A stretch of DNA of 64,000 bases from a virus, in IMG/VR virus record IMGVR_UViG_3300010399_000032; one strand, 5' to 3'. Made by a program: the position numbers and the translations under genes. Each line of letters begins with the position of its first letter. Position 1 is the stretch's first letter. The notes beneath the pieces are model-generated. The model saw only the letters and a list, made by a program, of their open reading frames with translations, was not told where the DNA came from and did not search any database. This document shows positions 8,876 to 18,025 of this stretch, piece by piece.

Positions 8876-10183
8876 TTAGGCCTTAGTTGGAACTGGAACC
8901 GTGGTGCGGCCGAGTGCTTTAACATACTTGGCCATTGGGCCAGTAGTTTCTTCTGCAATAAAGGTCTTACCTTCATCACCAGGAGCAACTGGATTAATGG
9001 TTTCCATTGGTTTCACTGTAACTGGGAAATAATTTTCCTTAAGAGTCTGGAGTTTACCGCTGAAAGTTGTTTCATCAGTGTAATCCAAACCTTCGGCAAG
9101 AGTTTTAATTTTTGCTGCTTGAACGGTGGTCAAGCCTTCGGTAATTGTATTAATTGCCTTTTCACGCTTACTTTCGTTCAAGTTCTTAGTAAGTTCAACA
9201 TTGTTTGCAATCTCCTCATTTAAGCGAGTTTCGAGATTTGAAACGGTCTGGGTCAATTCCTCAACCACATTGACTTTTTCATCAGGAATATCAATGTAAT
9301 GTTCCTGGAACAAAGTCTTAAGACCAGTGATAAAATCTTCGGTAAGTTCTGAACGGAGACCGGTTTCGATAGCAACTTCATTTTCCTTGACCCAGTTTTC
9401 AACAACATAGTTCAAGTAATTATCAGTCTTTTCAGAAAGTTCGGTCTGGATCTGTTCAATTTCCTCAGCCAAGGTTGCAGAAGCAGCTTCTTGGAACTTC
9501 TTGACTTCGATTTCAACCTGTTCCTTAACGGCCGCTTCGAAAATAGTCTTAGCTTTGTTCTTGAATTCTTCTGATAGGTTTTCACCTGAAAGTAGAGCAT
9601 TCACATGCTCCGACATGTCAACCTGGTAATTTTCTGGTAGTGGTGAAGTTTCTTCCTCTACGATTTCAAAGTTTTCCGAAATAGCTTCGGCGATCTGGTC
9701 TTCATTAAGACCTTCGGCAACTAGTGCATCAATGAAACCGGCGAGTTCTTCGGAAATGGCTGGGCCTTTATAAAGGTCTTCCTCGTCATCCCCGTCATTT
9801 TTTGAAAGAAGTTCTGCATTAGGTTCATTAACGGACTTTGGATAACCATCGTCAACCTGAGCCTGAGCCTTTTTCTTTTCTGGAGGTACCTGATTGCTGG
9901 TTGGAGCAGAGGTATCTTGCTTAACTGGTGCATTGGCAATCGCTCCTGCGTTTTCACCATCACCCAATGAGGTTGGGGCTTGGATAACTTGCTGAGGACC
10001 ACCTAGAGCATGTTCTGGATATTCAACTCCAGACTTTGGTCGAAGGGTAGCTTCATTAGGAGCAGGACCTGCAATAGTAGTAAGTGGTTGACCACCTAGA
10101 CCGGTTTCAATAGATTCCTTGAGGTCCTTCTTTCCCTTATTCTTCAAAACAGCCTTCGCGGTATCTGTTAATGATGGCATCAA
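8876..10183 (-). CDS. 22: Prohead core scaffold protein (gp22)
   Basis: LSEEFKNKAKTIFEAAV and YLNYVVENWVKENEVAIETGLRSE; acidic coiled coil between gp21 and gp23; TATAAATA at 10204-10211. Confidence 0.93.
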   Translation of the reverse strand: MMPSLTDTAKAVLKNKGKKDLKESIETGLGGQPLTTIAGPAPNEATLRPKSGVEYPEHALGGPQQVIQAPTSLGDGENAGAIANAPVKQDTSAPTSNQVPPEKKKAQAQVDDGYPKSVNEPNAELLSKNDGDDEEDLYKGPAISEELAGFIDALVAEGLNEDQIAEAISENFEIVEEETSPLPENYQVDMSEHVNALLSGENLSEEFKNKAKTIFEAAVKEQVEIEVKKFQEAASATLAEEIEQIQTELSEKTDNYLNYVVENWVKENEVAIETGLRSELTEDFITGLKTLFQEHYIDIPDEKVNVVEELTQTVSNLETRLNEEIANNVELTKNLNESKREKAINTITEGLTTVQAAKIKTLAEGLDYTDETTFSGKLQTLKENYFPVTVKPMETINPVAPGDEGKTFIAEETTGPMAKYVKALGRTTVPVPTKA

Positions 10184-10206
10184 TAATACTCCTTATTTCC
10201 TTTTAT

Positions 10207-10866
10207 TTATATTTCTGTGATTTTTGACATGAAATTCGTGAAAATTTTCAAAGCTGTAGCTTCAATTTCAGTCTTGCTGGCTTCCTTGATAAGTTTTCTA
10301 GACCTATCATAGTCAACCATTGACCAGTGACCTGTTGGAGTCATAGTCCATTCAGCCTGTTCCATAATACCTTGCACAAATGCGCCTGGAGCAGAAGGAT
10401 CAGCCACCACGTCTGCCGCGGTTGCTAATTTAAAATCATCCTGTACCAATTGATATCCATTATGGGGTTTCAGAGACCCTACGCCTCGTGTTGAAACACC
10501 CAGTGAAGCTCCACCCTCTATTAGACTTTTCACGATCTTTCCATTTGGAGTATCTAGAACTTTTGCTTTTCCGACGAAATTGTTACCGTCGGGATGTAGC
10601 TCGGTGATCATGTGACTTACACGATCTAAATTGATTGAAGGTGCATCTGGGTGCCCTAGTTCACCAAATGCACGGTTTTTGGTAACATAATCTCGGTTGT
10701 ACCTACCGACTTCTCTTTCAAGAATATCTTTAGGATACCAACGACCATTCTTGTTCACCACATTTGATTGTAAGAAAACACCCTTAAGATAGAGGTTTTT
10801 GCCTCCCTTACCGTCTTCCTCAGTCAAAAATTCAGTTTCAATGGTTTCTTCTGTAATGAGTTTCAT
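10207..10866 (-). CDS. 21: Prohead maturation protease (gp21)
   Basis: NKNGRWYP, AFGELGHP, GVSTRGVGSL and DVVADPSAPGAFV motifs. Confidence 0.97.
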   Translation of the reverse strand: MKLITEETIETEFLTEEDGKGGKNLYLKGVFLQSNVVNKNGRWYPKDILEREVGRYNRDYVTKNRAFGELGHPDAPSINLDRVSHMITELHPDGNNFVGKAKVLDTPNGKIVKSLIEGGASLGVSTRGVGSLKPHNGYQLVQDDFKLATAADVVADPSAPGAFVQGIMEQAEWTMTPTGHWSMVDYDRSRKLIKEASKTEIEATALKIFTNFMSKITEI

Positions 10867-10904
10867 TGGTTATCCCTTTGGAATTATTTATGAATTCCTT
10901 ATTT

Positions 10905-11231
10905 TTAATCAATTAATTGACCGTTTATAATGTGACCATGCCAATGCCCTGTCATAGAAGCGTCAATTGATGGTTCTAAAGTTAGAGTTTCAAAATCTTC
11001 ACCTATTCGTTTCCATGTCGGAACTGGTTGAACCCAGGTCGTTTCAGGTAAAAGATTATTAGGATCAATAGGAGTTACGTAAACAGCTAACCTAGTTCCT
11101 TTATCGATAGATTCTTCACATTTTTTACATGGGCATCGAAAGGTGAAGCCAATTTTTATAGTTTTAGATGATTCAGATATAGAATTCAACCCGAACCACC
11201 TCGGTTTATAATCTATTAATTTCCTGATCAT
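10905..11231 (-). CDS. Small Cys/His protein, DUF6527-like; start ATG 11231 (track start 11324)
   Basis: F.CPCKKC...W...TLTLEPSI....HWHGHIINGQ; ATGA overlap with the upstream gene. Confidence 0.6.
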   Translation of the reverse strand: MIRKLIDYKPRWFGLNSISESSKTIKIGFTFRCPCKKCEESIDKGTRLAVYVTPIDPNNLLPETTWVQPVPTWKRIGEDFETLTLEPSIDASMTGHWHGHIINGQLID

Positions 11232-11497
11232 GCCCAACAAATAACGTTGGCTGTGGTGGATGGTCCTATAGCCTGGGCTCGGAAATTGATAATCTGCCCT
11301 GCGGTGACTGGATAGGTAATCCATGTATTGGAGTCATCCAGCATATTCAAGTTACCATTCTGGGTGACATAGATGAACCTAGGAAATGGTCGACCATTCG
11401 CCGTATCCCCAAGGGTGGTATTAGCACCTGCGGCTACTGAATAATGGATGGTACCTGGATCGGCTCCGCCATTTTTTGCTACTCGTAGTGAAGTCAT
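11228..11497 (-). CDS. Small virion protein resembling the GTA head-spike base protein (Rcc01079 family)
   Basis: RFIYVTQNGNL...ITYPVTAGQIINFRAQAI..STTANVI pattern; located in the head cluster. Confidence 0.55.
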   Translation of the reverse strand: MTSLRVAKNGGADPGTIHYSVAAGANTTLGDTANGRPFPRFIYVTQNGNLNMLDDSNTWITYPVTAGQIINFRAQAIGPSTTANVICWA

Positions 11498-11508
11498 TTA
11501 TGTTTTCC

Positions 11509-11925
11509 TTATAATCCCATTGCTTTTCTTTTGCGTAATGATCTTGCGCGCTTGATTAAGGTCCTTGACATTTTGGCCCTTCTTTTGATTTTACCTCGGC
11601 GTTGACCCATTCTTCGGTCACGTCTTTCTTTTGGTGTCATGCGGGTTAATTTACCACCACGCATGGTATATCCTTTGGCTGTAGAGACCTTTTTACGTCT
11701 TTGAACTTTACCCTTACGGATCCGGATCCTAATGATCCTTATTCGACCTTCATGTAGAGGAATCTTTTCATCTTCTATATCTGAGTCATCTTCTCTCCCA
11801 AATCCGGCTGCCAGTGATTTTTTCAATTCGGCCAGGTATTTGGCTTTCTTATATTCTAAGGCTTTCTCGATAAGATGTTTTGCCATTTCTAGGCGGTTGT
11901 TTCTGATTTCTTCAACCAGGTTCAT
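11509..11925 (-). CDS. 68: Prohead core protein (gp68-like)
   Basis: Very basic C-terminus (RIRKGKVQRRKK...RARSLRKRKAMGL); position upstream of gp21. Confidence 0.7.
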   Translation of the reverse strand: MNLVEEIRNNRLEMAKHLIEKALEYKKAKYLAELKKSLAAGFGREDDSDIEDEKIPLHEGRIRIIRIRIRKGKVQRRKKVSTAKGYTMRGGKLTRMTPKERRDRRMGQRRGKIKRRAKMSRTLIKRARSLRKRKAMGL

Positions 11926-13442
11926 TACAACCTCCTTACGGCAAACTCTAGTACCTTGTAGAAGGATTCTGAATTTTCATTCAGGAGCTTTTGAAGATGG
12001 GCCTTATTCTTTTTGTTGACATTCTCGGAGAGATTGATAATTCTACGAGCCATGGTTTCGGTTACAGGAACTTCATCTTTTCCAACAATGATATCTTGGG
12101 ATTCAATTTTGTTTTCGACCATCGTTTTCAGTGTTTTAAGTACATCTTCCGCCACTTCCCTGCGGGCTGGTACACGATCCGGATCAGGCTGGTCAGCAAT
12201 TGTTCGGTTTGCGCGCCTTGAAAGCACCACATTTTGAACGGCTAGAGCACCACGATCATATGGACCTGGTTCTGGATGCTCAGGTTCTGGTAGATTTCCT
12301 TGCAATGTTCTATGCCCATTAAAGGCTGGGTGTGCATATGAGTGTGGTATATAATCCGATGAATCGGGCTGCATAGCCTGGATTGGTTGTTGATTATAAA
12401 ATTGATGCGGCTGTTGTGCTACCGGTGTTGCATTTGGTTCAAGTACAGGTGGTTTCTTTAGGGCGGGTGGTTGGACCTCAGGAATTTCAGCTTCCTTAAG
12501 ATCGGCATTAAACTTTCTACGATAGATAGCCTTACCTATAGATGCTCCTAGTGCCGCTGCTCCCGCTGTCATAACACGAGAGATTGGACCATCAGCATCG
12601 ATATTCTTATGGTAATGAGCAAAGTCCTGAGCAAGATTGCGCTTCATATGAGCTTCCCGAGCCTCAGAATCCTGTTGGCGTTTTTGTACGGCATCCATGG
12701 CTCTCTTGCGCATTATTTTATCCTGAAGATCATTCTGTAGAGAAGGCTGAGCCCTTTGATTTACTTGATTGATTTTAACTTCAGGTGCTACAGGTTTTTG
12801 TCGCGCTATAGGAGGAGGAATTGTAGCTGTAACTGACCATGATGGCTGAGCTTGCGCTTTTACAGGTGTTCCTTTTGGTTGTTCGGATGCAGGTTTCTCC
12901 GGTTCCTTTTCATCCTTATCTTGTTTGGGAGGACCATTTGGTTCAAACTTCTTAAGTTCTTCTGGAGATAAAGCGGGTCTTAGTCGGTTTTTACCGGCCG
13001 GGGTTAGTTTATTCCAATCATCAGCCGTAAAAGCCTTGCTATTAGATTCTTGTAAGTCTTCTTGAATTCCAATGGATTGGAAAGGAACTGATATATACTT
13101 GTTAATCTTATCTGCCCAATAAAGGGCAACTTTTTCCCCGCCAGGAAAAACTCGAATTGCTCGACGCTTTAAGATTAAGAGAGGTGGAATGCGGGTGATA
13201 TCCACATCCGTCATTCCTTTAAAACCGGAAGAAGCAGCGGCAATGCCGGCATCCTCGGAAATTAATTTTTCTACCAAATCAACCAAGGCATTATGCTCGG
13301 CTGGTGATTGGCGTAGATTACCACGATCCATAGCCCTATTGATCAAGGTTACTTCATTTTCCTTAAGCAGACCCGAACCAACCAAGGTGGTTAGTTTATT
13401 TGTAACTGGCTGTGCGGTTTGAATCTGCTTAAGAGACTTCAT
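11925..13442 (-). CDS. Putative internal head / prohead core protein
   Basis: PPLLILKRRAIRVFPGGEKVALY block; Pro/Gln-rich linkers; several [IL]xE gp21-type sites; head cluster. Confidence 0.6.
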   Translation of the reverse strand: MKSLKQIQTAQPVTNKLTTLVGSGLLKENEVTLINRAMDRGNLRQSPAEHNALVDLVEKLISEDAGIAAASSGFKGMTDVDITRIPPLLILKRRAIRVFPGGEKVALYWADKINKYISVPFQSIGIQEDLQESNSKAFTADDWNKLTPAGKNRLRPALSPEELKKFEPNGPPKQDKDEKEPEKPASEQPKGTPVKAQAQPSWSVTATIPPPIARQKPVAPEVKINQVNQRAQPSLQNDLQDKIMRKRAMDAVQKRQQDSEAREAHMKRNLAQDFAHYHKNIDADGPISRVMTAGAAALGASIGKAIYRRKFNADLKEAEIPEVQPPALKKPPVLEPNATPVAQQPHQFYNQQPIQAMQPDSSDYIPHSYAHPAFNGHRTLQGNLPEPEHPEPGPYDRGALAVQNVVLSRRANRTIADQPDPDRVPARREVAEDVLKTLKTMVENKIESQDIIVGKDEVPVTETMARRIINLSENVNKKNKAHLQKLLNENSESFYKVLEFAVRRL

Positions 13443-13595
13443 TTATTTCTTGTCACCCAAAAAGGTTTTGCCAACTTCAATCTTACGTTCTTCAAGCTTT
13501 CCAATGGCCTTATCGGTCAATGCTGCATTGAATTGCTGTTTCATGATATCGAGTTTACCTTCGTGGAGGGCTGCAATTGCTGCCTTAACTGTCAT
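13443..13595 (-). CDS. 67: Prohead core protein (gp67-like), 50 aa; not in ORF track
   Basis: MTVKAAIAALHEGKLDIMKQQFNAALTDKAIGKLEERKIEVGKTFLGDKK; GGAG SD; CATAAATA late promoter at 13618-13625. Confidence 0.75.
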   Translation of the reverse strand: MTVKAAIAALHEGKLDIMKQQFNAALTDKAIGKLEERKIEVGKTFLGDKK

Positions 13596-13625
13596 GAGTA
13601 TCTCCTATTATTTAATATATTTATG

Positions 13626-14450
13626 TTATTGGGTATCTACTTCACAATTATAGATATACATGTCCAGAGTATTATCTGGGCTCTGATAGGTTCCAACCAT
13701 TTTTGTTGGGCCGGAAACAACTTTCACCTTCGATCCACGAGGCAGGATGAATTCACCTTGACCTGGGGTGGATGAAAAATTGTCAGCCAGCATACCTTTT
13801 GATCCCTTGGGAATATGCATCTGAAATAATGTGCCTCCACCATGAGTCGGATCGACTTGAGATATTGCTGTCTCAATATTCAGGGTGGTTGATCGGAAAC
13901 CTTTAAACTTAACTATGGATCCGGGAGTTAATTGGTCCGTACTAAGATTATCCGAAACAATGGAATATGCAGTAACATCCTTTGGGGTTTTACTCTTATG
14001 GAGGGCAGAATCCAAAGATTTTACTAATTCTGGTGTATGATCGTCAGGGGTTAATGGTTGAATTTTATCAGCCTTAATACCCGTTGGTAGAGAATTTAAA
14101 ACCGCATTAACTGAGGCATAATTGGCATCTGTATAAGATTTTAAAGCTGATAGCTCATCATTGGTATATTTGGTTGGTTGATAGGCCTTATTAAGGTCCA
14201 TCATATCCTGCCCGACAATTGGTTTTAATTGTTTGGCTAGATTACCGAAATCATTACCTGATTGAGCCACATAAGTATTGGTACGTACTGCCTTGTTAAA
14301 CGGAACCAATTTTCCGTCTTGGACAATATGGGTAACTTGTTGTGTGTGAGGGTCTTCATATCTTCCAAATCCAACGTATTGTAATCCAAGTGACTTAGCT
14401 TGAGCCGCTGGATCGGTTGCTTCGGATAGGAATTCACTTAAGCGTTTCAT
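13626..14450 (-). CDS. Virion-packaged ADP-ribosyltransferase-like protein (VIP2/Alt fold)
   Basis: YT..Y..VN..L, LDSAL, GFRSTT, IPKGSKG and QGEFILPRGSK motifs; N-terminus MKRLSEFLSE resembles a capsid-targeting sequence. Confidence 0.8.
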   Translation of the reverse strand: MKRLSEFLSEATDPAAQAKSLGLQYVGFGRYEDPHTQQVTHIVQDGKLVPFNKAVRTNTYVAQSGNDFGNLAKQLKPIVGQDMMDLNKAYQPTKYTNDELSALKSYTDANYASVNAVLNSLPTGIKADKIQPLTPDDHTPELVKSLDSALHKSKTPKDVTAYSIVSDNLSTDQLTPGSIVKFKGFRSTTLNIETAISQVDPTHGGGTLFQMHIPKGSKGMLADNFSSTPGQGEFILPRGSKVKVVSGPTKMVGTYQSPDNTLDMYIYNCEVDTQ

Positions 14451-16114
14451 CTTTTTTCCGGTGACTCAATATCTTCTGGGTTGATCATGTATTTTGATTC
14501 AGGAGGTAGCCCATTATCATCCTCATTATCTTGTTCCTGATTAGGAGGTTCATAACCTGGTGGTTGACCTTGAGGGGCCATGCCACCAGTAGGATCAACT
14601 GGATTACCTTCTGAATCGATTGGGTTACCATTTGAATCCATTGGAGGAGCTAATTGGGATTGCTCATCTTGAATTTCTTGATTAATTTCCTCGACTTCAT
14701 CGTCATCGAGACGGAGAATATTCTTTTGTACATAAGCCATTGAAAGGTATTTACCAACAAATGGATCGGCTTGTGCTAGAAGTTGTAGGCGATTTGATAG
14801 GAGCTCCGCTTCCTTTAACTCGGTGAAGTTATTATCTTTAAGGAAATCATAAAAAATATCTTCTTTAAATTCATTCCATTCTTCTACGGAACAAATCTTC
14901 TTAAGTACCAATTGAACTCGCATGATATCATCGAATAAAATGGAAAACCTACTACGTAATTTTTCCACATATTTGGTGAACTTAAGTTCATCGCGTGTGA
15001 TTTCGGTTGATCGACCTAGAGAAAATCCATTTTGTGGATCGAGGCGACCAATAGGAACACCTAGAGATTTATAAAGTTTACGTTCAAAATAATGGACGTC
15101 CTCTATATCTCCCAGGTTTTGGCCAGCAGGAAGGGTATCAATTTCCGTACCACGCGAACCTTCGCGTCGGGGAAGCCAGAAGTCTTCAAGCATTGACATA
15201 TGCTTTCGGTCATCACGGATTTCACCGGTGGTTGAGTCATAGACCAACTTATTACGGTATTTGGTCATGATATCTTTTAGATATTGCTCGGCCTTAATGG
15301 TGGGCATATTTCCAACGTCAACATAGAAAATTCTACGTTCGGGAGCACGGCTTAAACGATAGATAACCGTAGCATCCTCGACCATTCGAAGATTGTTGAG
15401 TGGTTTGATAGCTTTATGGAGATAGGAGAGAACCATGGCTCTCTTGGAGTCCATGAGACCTGAGTTGACATTAACGATAGCATCTGTGGCAATTTTTGCA
15501 CCCATATTTGATTGAGTACCAATTACACCACGTTCATTATACATATAATATTCAACGGTCTTTTTGATGATTTCCATACCGGTACGTTGGTCAATACCTT
15601 TTTCGATTTCGCGAACCTTACGGATACGGCGAGGATCAATATATCGGATTTCCTGGATACCTTCCGCCGGGCGTTTATCATCAATAATTAAGTGATAGAA
15701 CATACGCCCATCAATATACCAACGTCGGAAAATATCTGACCCCATATTACCAAAATTAAGCAATTTGAGGATGTTTCCGAATTCGTCCTCAATTGCTTTT
15801 TTGACTGATTGAGGTTGTTTGAGATTATCTGTAATAATATCAACGGAATGCCCCGAATCTTCCATAACTATGGCTTCATTGACAATATCGTCAACAGCCG
15901 ATTCAATTTCAGGTTGCATGGCCATTTCACGATATCGAGTAATTAACTCAATTTCGTTTCTGACTATTCCGTCAAGGTCTACGTAAGTTCCATAATATGA
16001 TCCGGATTGGATAGTAACGGCACCATCATCACTCTGAGGGAGTGCGAAAGTCTTGTTTTCATCCGGTTTATTAATAGGAGCCTTACGTAACTCGAATCCA
16101 AAGATAGATACCAA
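14447..16114 (-). CDS. 20: Portal protein (gp20)
   Basis: FRRWYIDGR, RAPERRIFYVDVGNMP and EDFWLPRREG motifs. Confidence 0.98.
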   Translation of the reverse strand: MVSIFGFELRKAPINKPDENKTFALPQSDDGAVTIQSGSYYGTYVDLDGIVRNEIELITRYREMAMQPEIESAVDDIVNEAIVMEDSGHSVDIITDNLKQPQSVKKAIEDEFGNILKLLNFGNMGSDIFRRWYIDGRMFYHLIIDDKRPAEGIQEIRYIDPRRIRKVREIEKGIDQRTGMEIIKKTVEYYMYNERGVIGTQSNMGAKIATDAIVNVNSGLMDSKRAMVLSYLHKAIKPLNNLRMVEDATVIYRLSRAPERRIFYVDVGNMPTIKAEQYLKDIMTKYRNKLVYDSTTGEIRDDRKHMSMLEDFWLPRREGSRGTEIDTLPAGQNLGDIEDVHYFERKLYKSLGVPIGRLDPQNGFSLGRSTEITRDELKFTKYVEKLRSRFSILFDDIMRVQLVLKKICSVEEWNEFKEDIFYDFLKDNNFTELKEAELLSNRLQLLAQADPFVGKYLSMAYVQKNILRLDDDEVEEINQEIQDEQSQLAPPMDSNGNPIDSEGNPVDPTGGMAPQGQPPGYEPPNQEQDNEDDNGLPPESKYMINPEDIESPEKR

Positions 16115-16115
16115 T

Positions 16116-16718
16116 TTATATTTCCTTGCCTACAATTCGCCTTGATTCCCATGATTTAATGGCGGCTATTTTACGTTTTTCCCGACCATTAATAATTTTT
16201 AATTGCCCTTCCGGGCTGGCCCAATATGCTATATGACTAGCGCTCATTTGAGTTTTAGTTTCAGAGGAATGTACATGACCTAGATGACTAGTATTTCCTT
16301 TAACCTTTTCGGAAATCTTACGTTTAGACTCTTCCGAAAAAGGTTTTCCTAATCGTAATTTGGTACCTTTCATTCTTTCTGACATTTTTTGACGAGCTTC
16401 GGTGGAATGTTTATATCCCGAAACTCCATCACCACCTTCAGTTAAATTGTACCCTTTGGTTCTATCAGTTGTTTCGAATAAATTGATAAAATAAGGCTCC
16501 ATGCGATGGAGAGTAAGATTCTTATCCTCGCTTTGATATTCAATCGTCCAGATGAATTTATTCCATCCATCGTGCCTAATTGCCGTATGAAAATATCTAT
16601 CGGATTTATGTGTTTCGGCAAGATATTTGTGGTCTTTTTGTCTTTGTGGCCAATTACTATCAAATCCAATATAACTTTTTCCATTTAAGGTATTGGTAGC
16701 CTTATAAATGGTGAACAT
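16116..16718 (-). mobile_element. Free-standing GIY-YIG (Seg-like) homing endonuclease with NUMOD3 repeats
   Basis: TIY...GKSYIG, R...H, GYNLTEGGDG, then HSTEARQKMS / FSEESKRKIS / HSSETKTQMS repeats. Confidence 0.88.
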
Positions 16719-16740
16719 TATATTCTGCTCCGGTTAAAGA

Positions 16741-17340
16741 TTAGAATACCGGAACGTTATATTGAGGGATTGCACCACCATTACTTGCACTAACGGTGGA
16801 AACTTCCCACCACTGATACGCAAACGTTACGGCATATTCCTCGATGGTATCATTTGCCGACCAATCAACTTCAATAGGTGAAACGTCAATTGGGAAGATA
16901 CCAATAAAGTTATATGACTTTAGAGGTGTACCATCCTTACCATACTGGAGAACAGTGGCTTGAGTGGTGTAACCTAGAGGAGAATCGAATGAAGGATCAC
17001 GTAAATTTCCTCGGTGAGAGTTGATTCCATTAAGCCAAAGTTCAAAGGCATTACGGACTTTGAAATCTTCGTCATTTAGAAGGGTAACCGTCCACTCAGG
17101 GAATGTACGGTTACCTGCAAACTTCAATTCTCTACCAAAGTAGTTAACGGGAATAGGGTTTACGGTTGAACCTGGAAGTTGTGCGGCTCGACAAAAGAAT
17201 GTCAACTGTGACGACACACCAAGAGCATCCGCCGTTCCAGCTAAGGCTAGACCTGGAAATGTTAGTGAAACCTCAAACAGATTCGGTCTGGCACCATCCA
17301 GTGCCATTGCCGACCTAAAATCTTGTAGTGTAAAAGGCAT
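16741..17340 (-). CDS. 19: Tail tube protein (gp19)
   Basis: GARPNLFEV, GRELKFAGNRTFPEWTVT and VTFAYQWW motifs; CATAAATA at 17367-17374. Confidence 0.97.
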   Translation of the reverse strand: MPFTLQDFRSAMALDGARPNLFEVSLTFPGLALAGTADALGVSSQLTFFCRAAQLPGSTVNPIPVNYFGRELKFAGNRTFPEWTVTLLNDEDFKVRNAFELWLNGINSHRGNLRDPSFDSPLGYTTQATVLQYGKDGTPLKSYNFIGIFPIDVSPIEVDWSANDTIEEYAVTFAYQWWEVSTVSASNGGAIPQYNVPVF

Positions 17341-17369
17341 ATCTTAACTCCTTGTATTTCTTGGATTAT

Positions 17370-17963
17370 TTATGTGGCATACTCACAAAGCCAATGCTTA
17401 TAGTGGTTGAGATTGCCTTTGGCTACGGAAACCATGTTACCAGCATGTAATTTATTTTCTTTACAAAAATCAATCAAACCTTTAATTCTAAAACATTCAC
17501 CTTGAGGATTGGTGATTATATATTCTTTTTGTCGATTTGGGCTTTTTGATCCCTTACGTCTAATATTTTCCTGAACTGTCCATGGGCTAGGAAGACCTTT
17601 ATTCCAACTAGGTTTACCTCGTTTAGACGCGGCAATTTTTTCCTTGGTTTCATCAGATGGATGCCACCCAAACGTTGCATCCCCACCCAAGGTCATATTA
17701 TATCCATTTTCACCAAATGTGTTAAAATGGTTGATCCAGAAATTTTCTCGTTCATTGAGAAGATATTCTTTATTTTCGCTTTGTTCTAATATCGACCATT
17801 CAAAATTATCCCATCCATGGGCCCGAATGGCTCGGTGAAAATGTAATTCTGAACCGCGTTTGGCAGCACTTTTATGCGCTGTTTTCCGGTAGGGCCAATT
17901 ACAATCAAATCCTACGTAAGACTTACCATTTAGTTTATTTTCGGCCCGATAGATTGTGCACAT
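17370..17963 (-). mobile_element. Free-standing GIY-YIG homing endonuclease with NUMOD3-like and HTH C-terminus
   Basis: TIY...GKSYVG, GYNMTLGGD, PSDETKEKIA, SWNKG and FCKENKLHAGNM motifs. Confidence 0.88.
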
Positions 17964-17965
17964 TG

Positions 17966-17997
17966 AATACTCCCAGTTTTATCCGGGAGTATTTAGG
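17966..17997 (-). promoter_or_regulatory. Late promoter CCTAAATA overlapping an RBS-sequestering hairpin of the endonuclease gene
   Basis: AATACTCCCGG-ATAAAA-CTGGGAGTATT stem containing the GGGAG SD, 2 nt before the ATG. Confidence 0.75.
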
Positions 17998-18025
17998 TGA
18001 TTTTTAGAAGTTATCTACTACTAAC

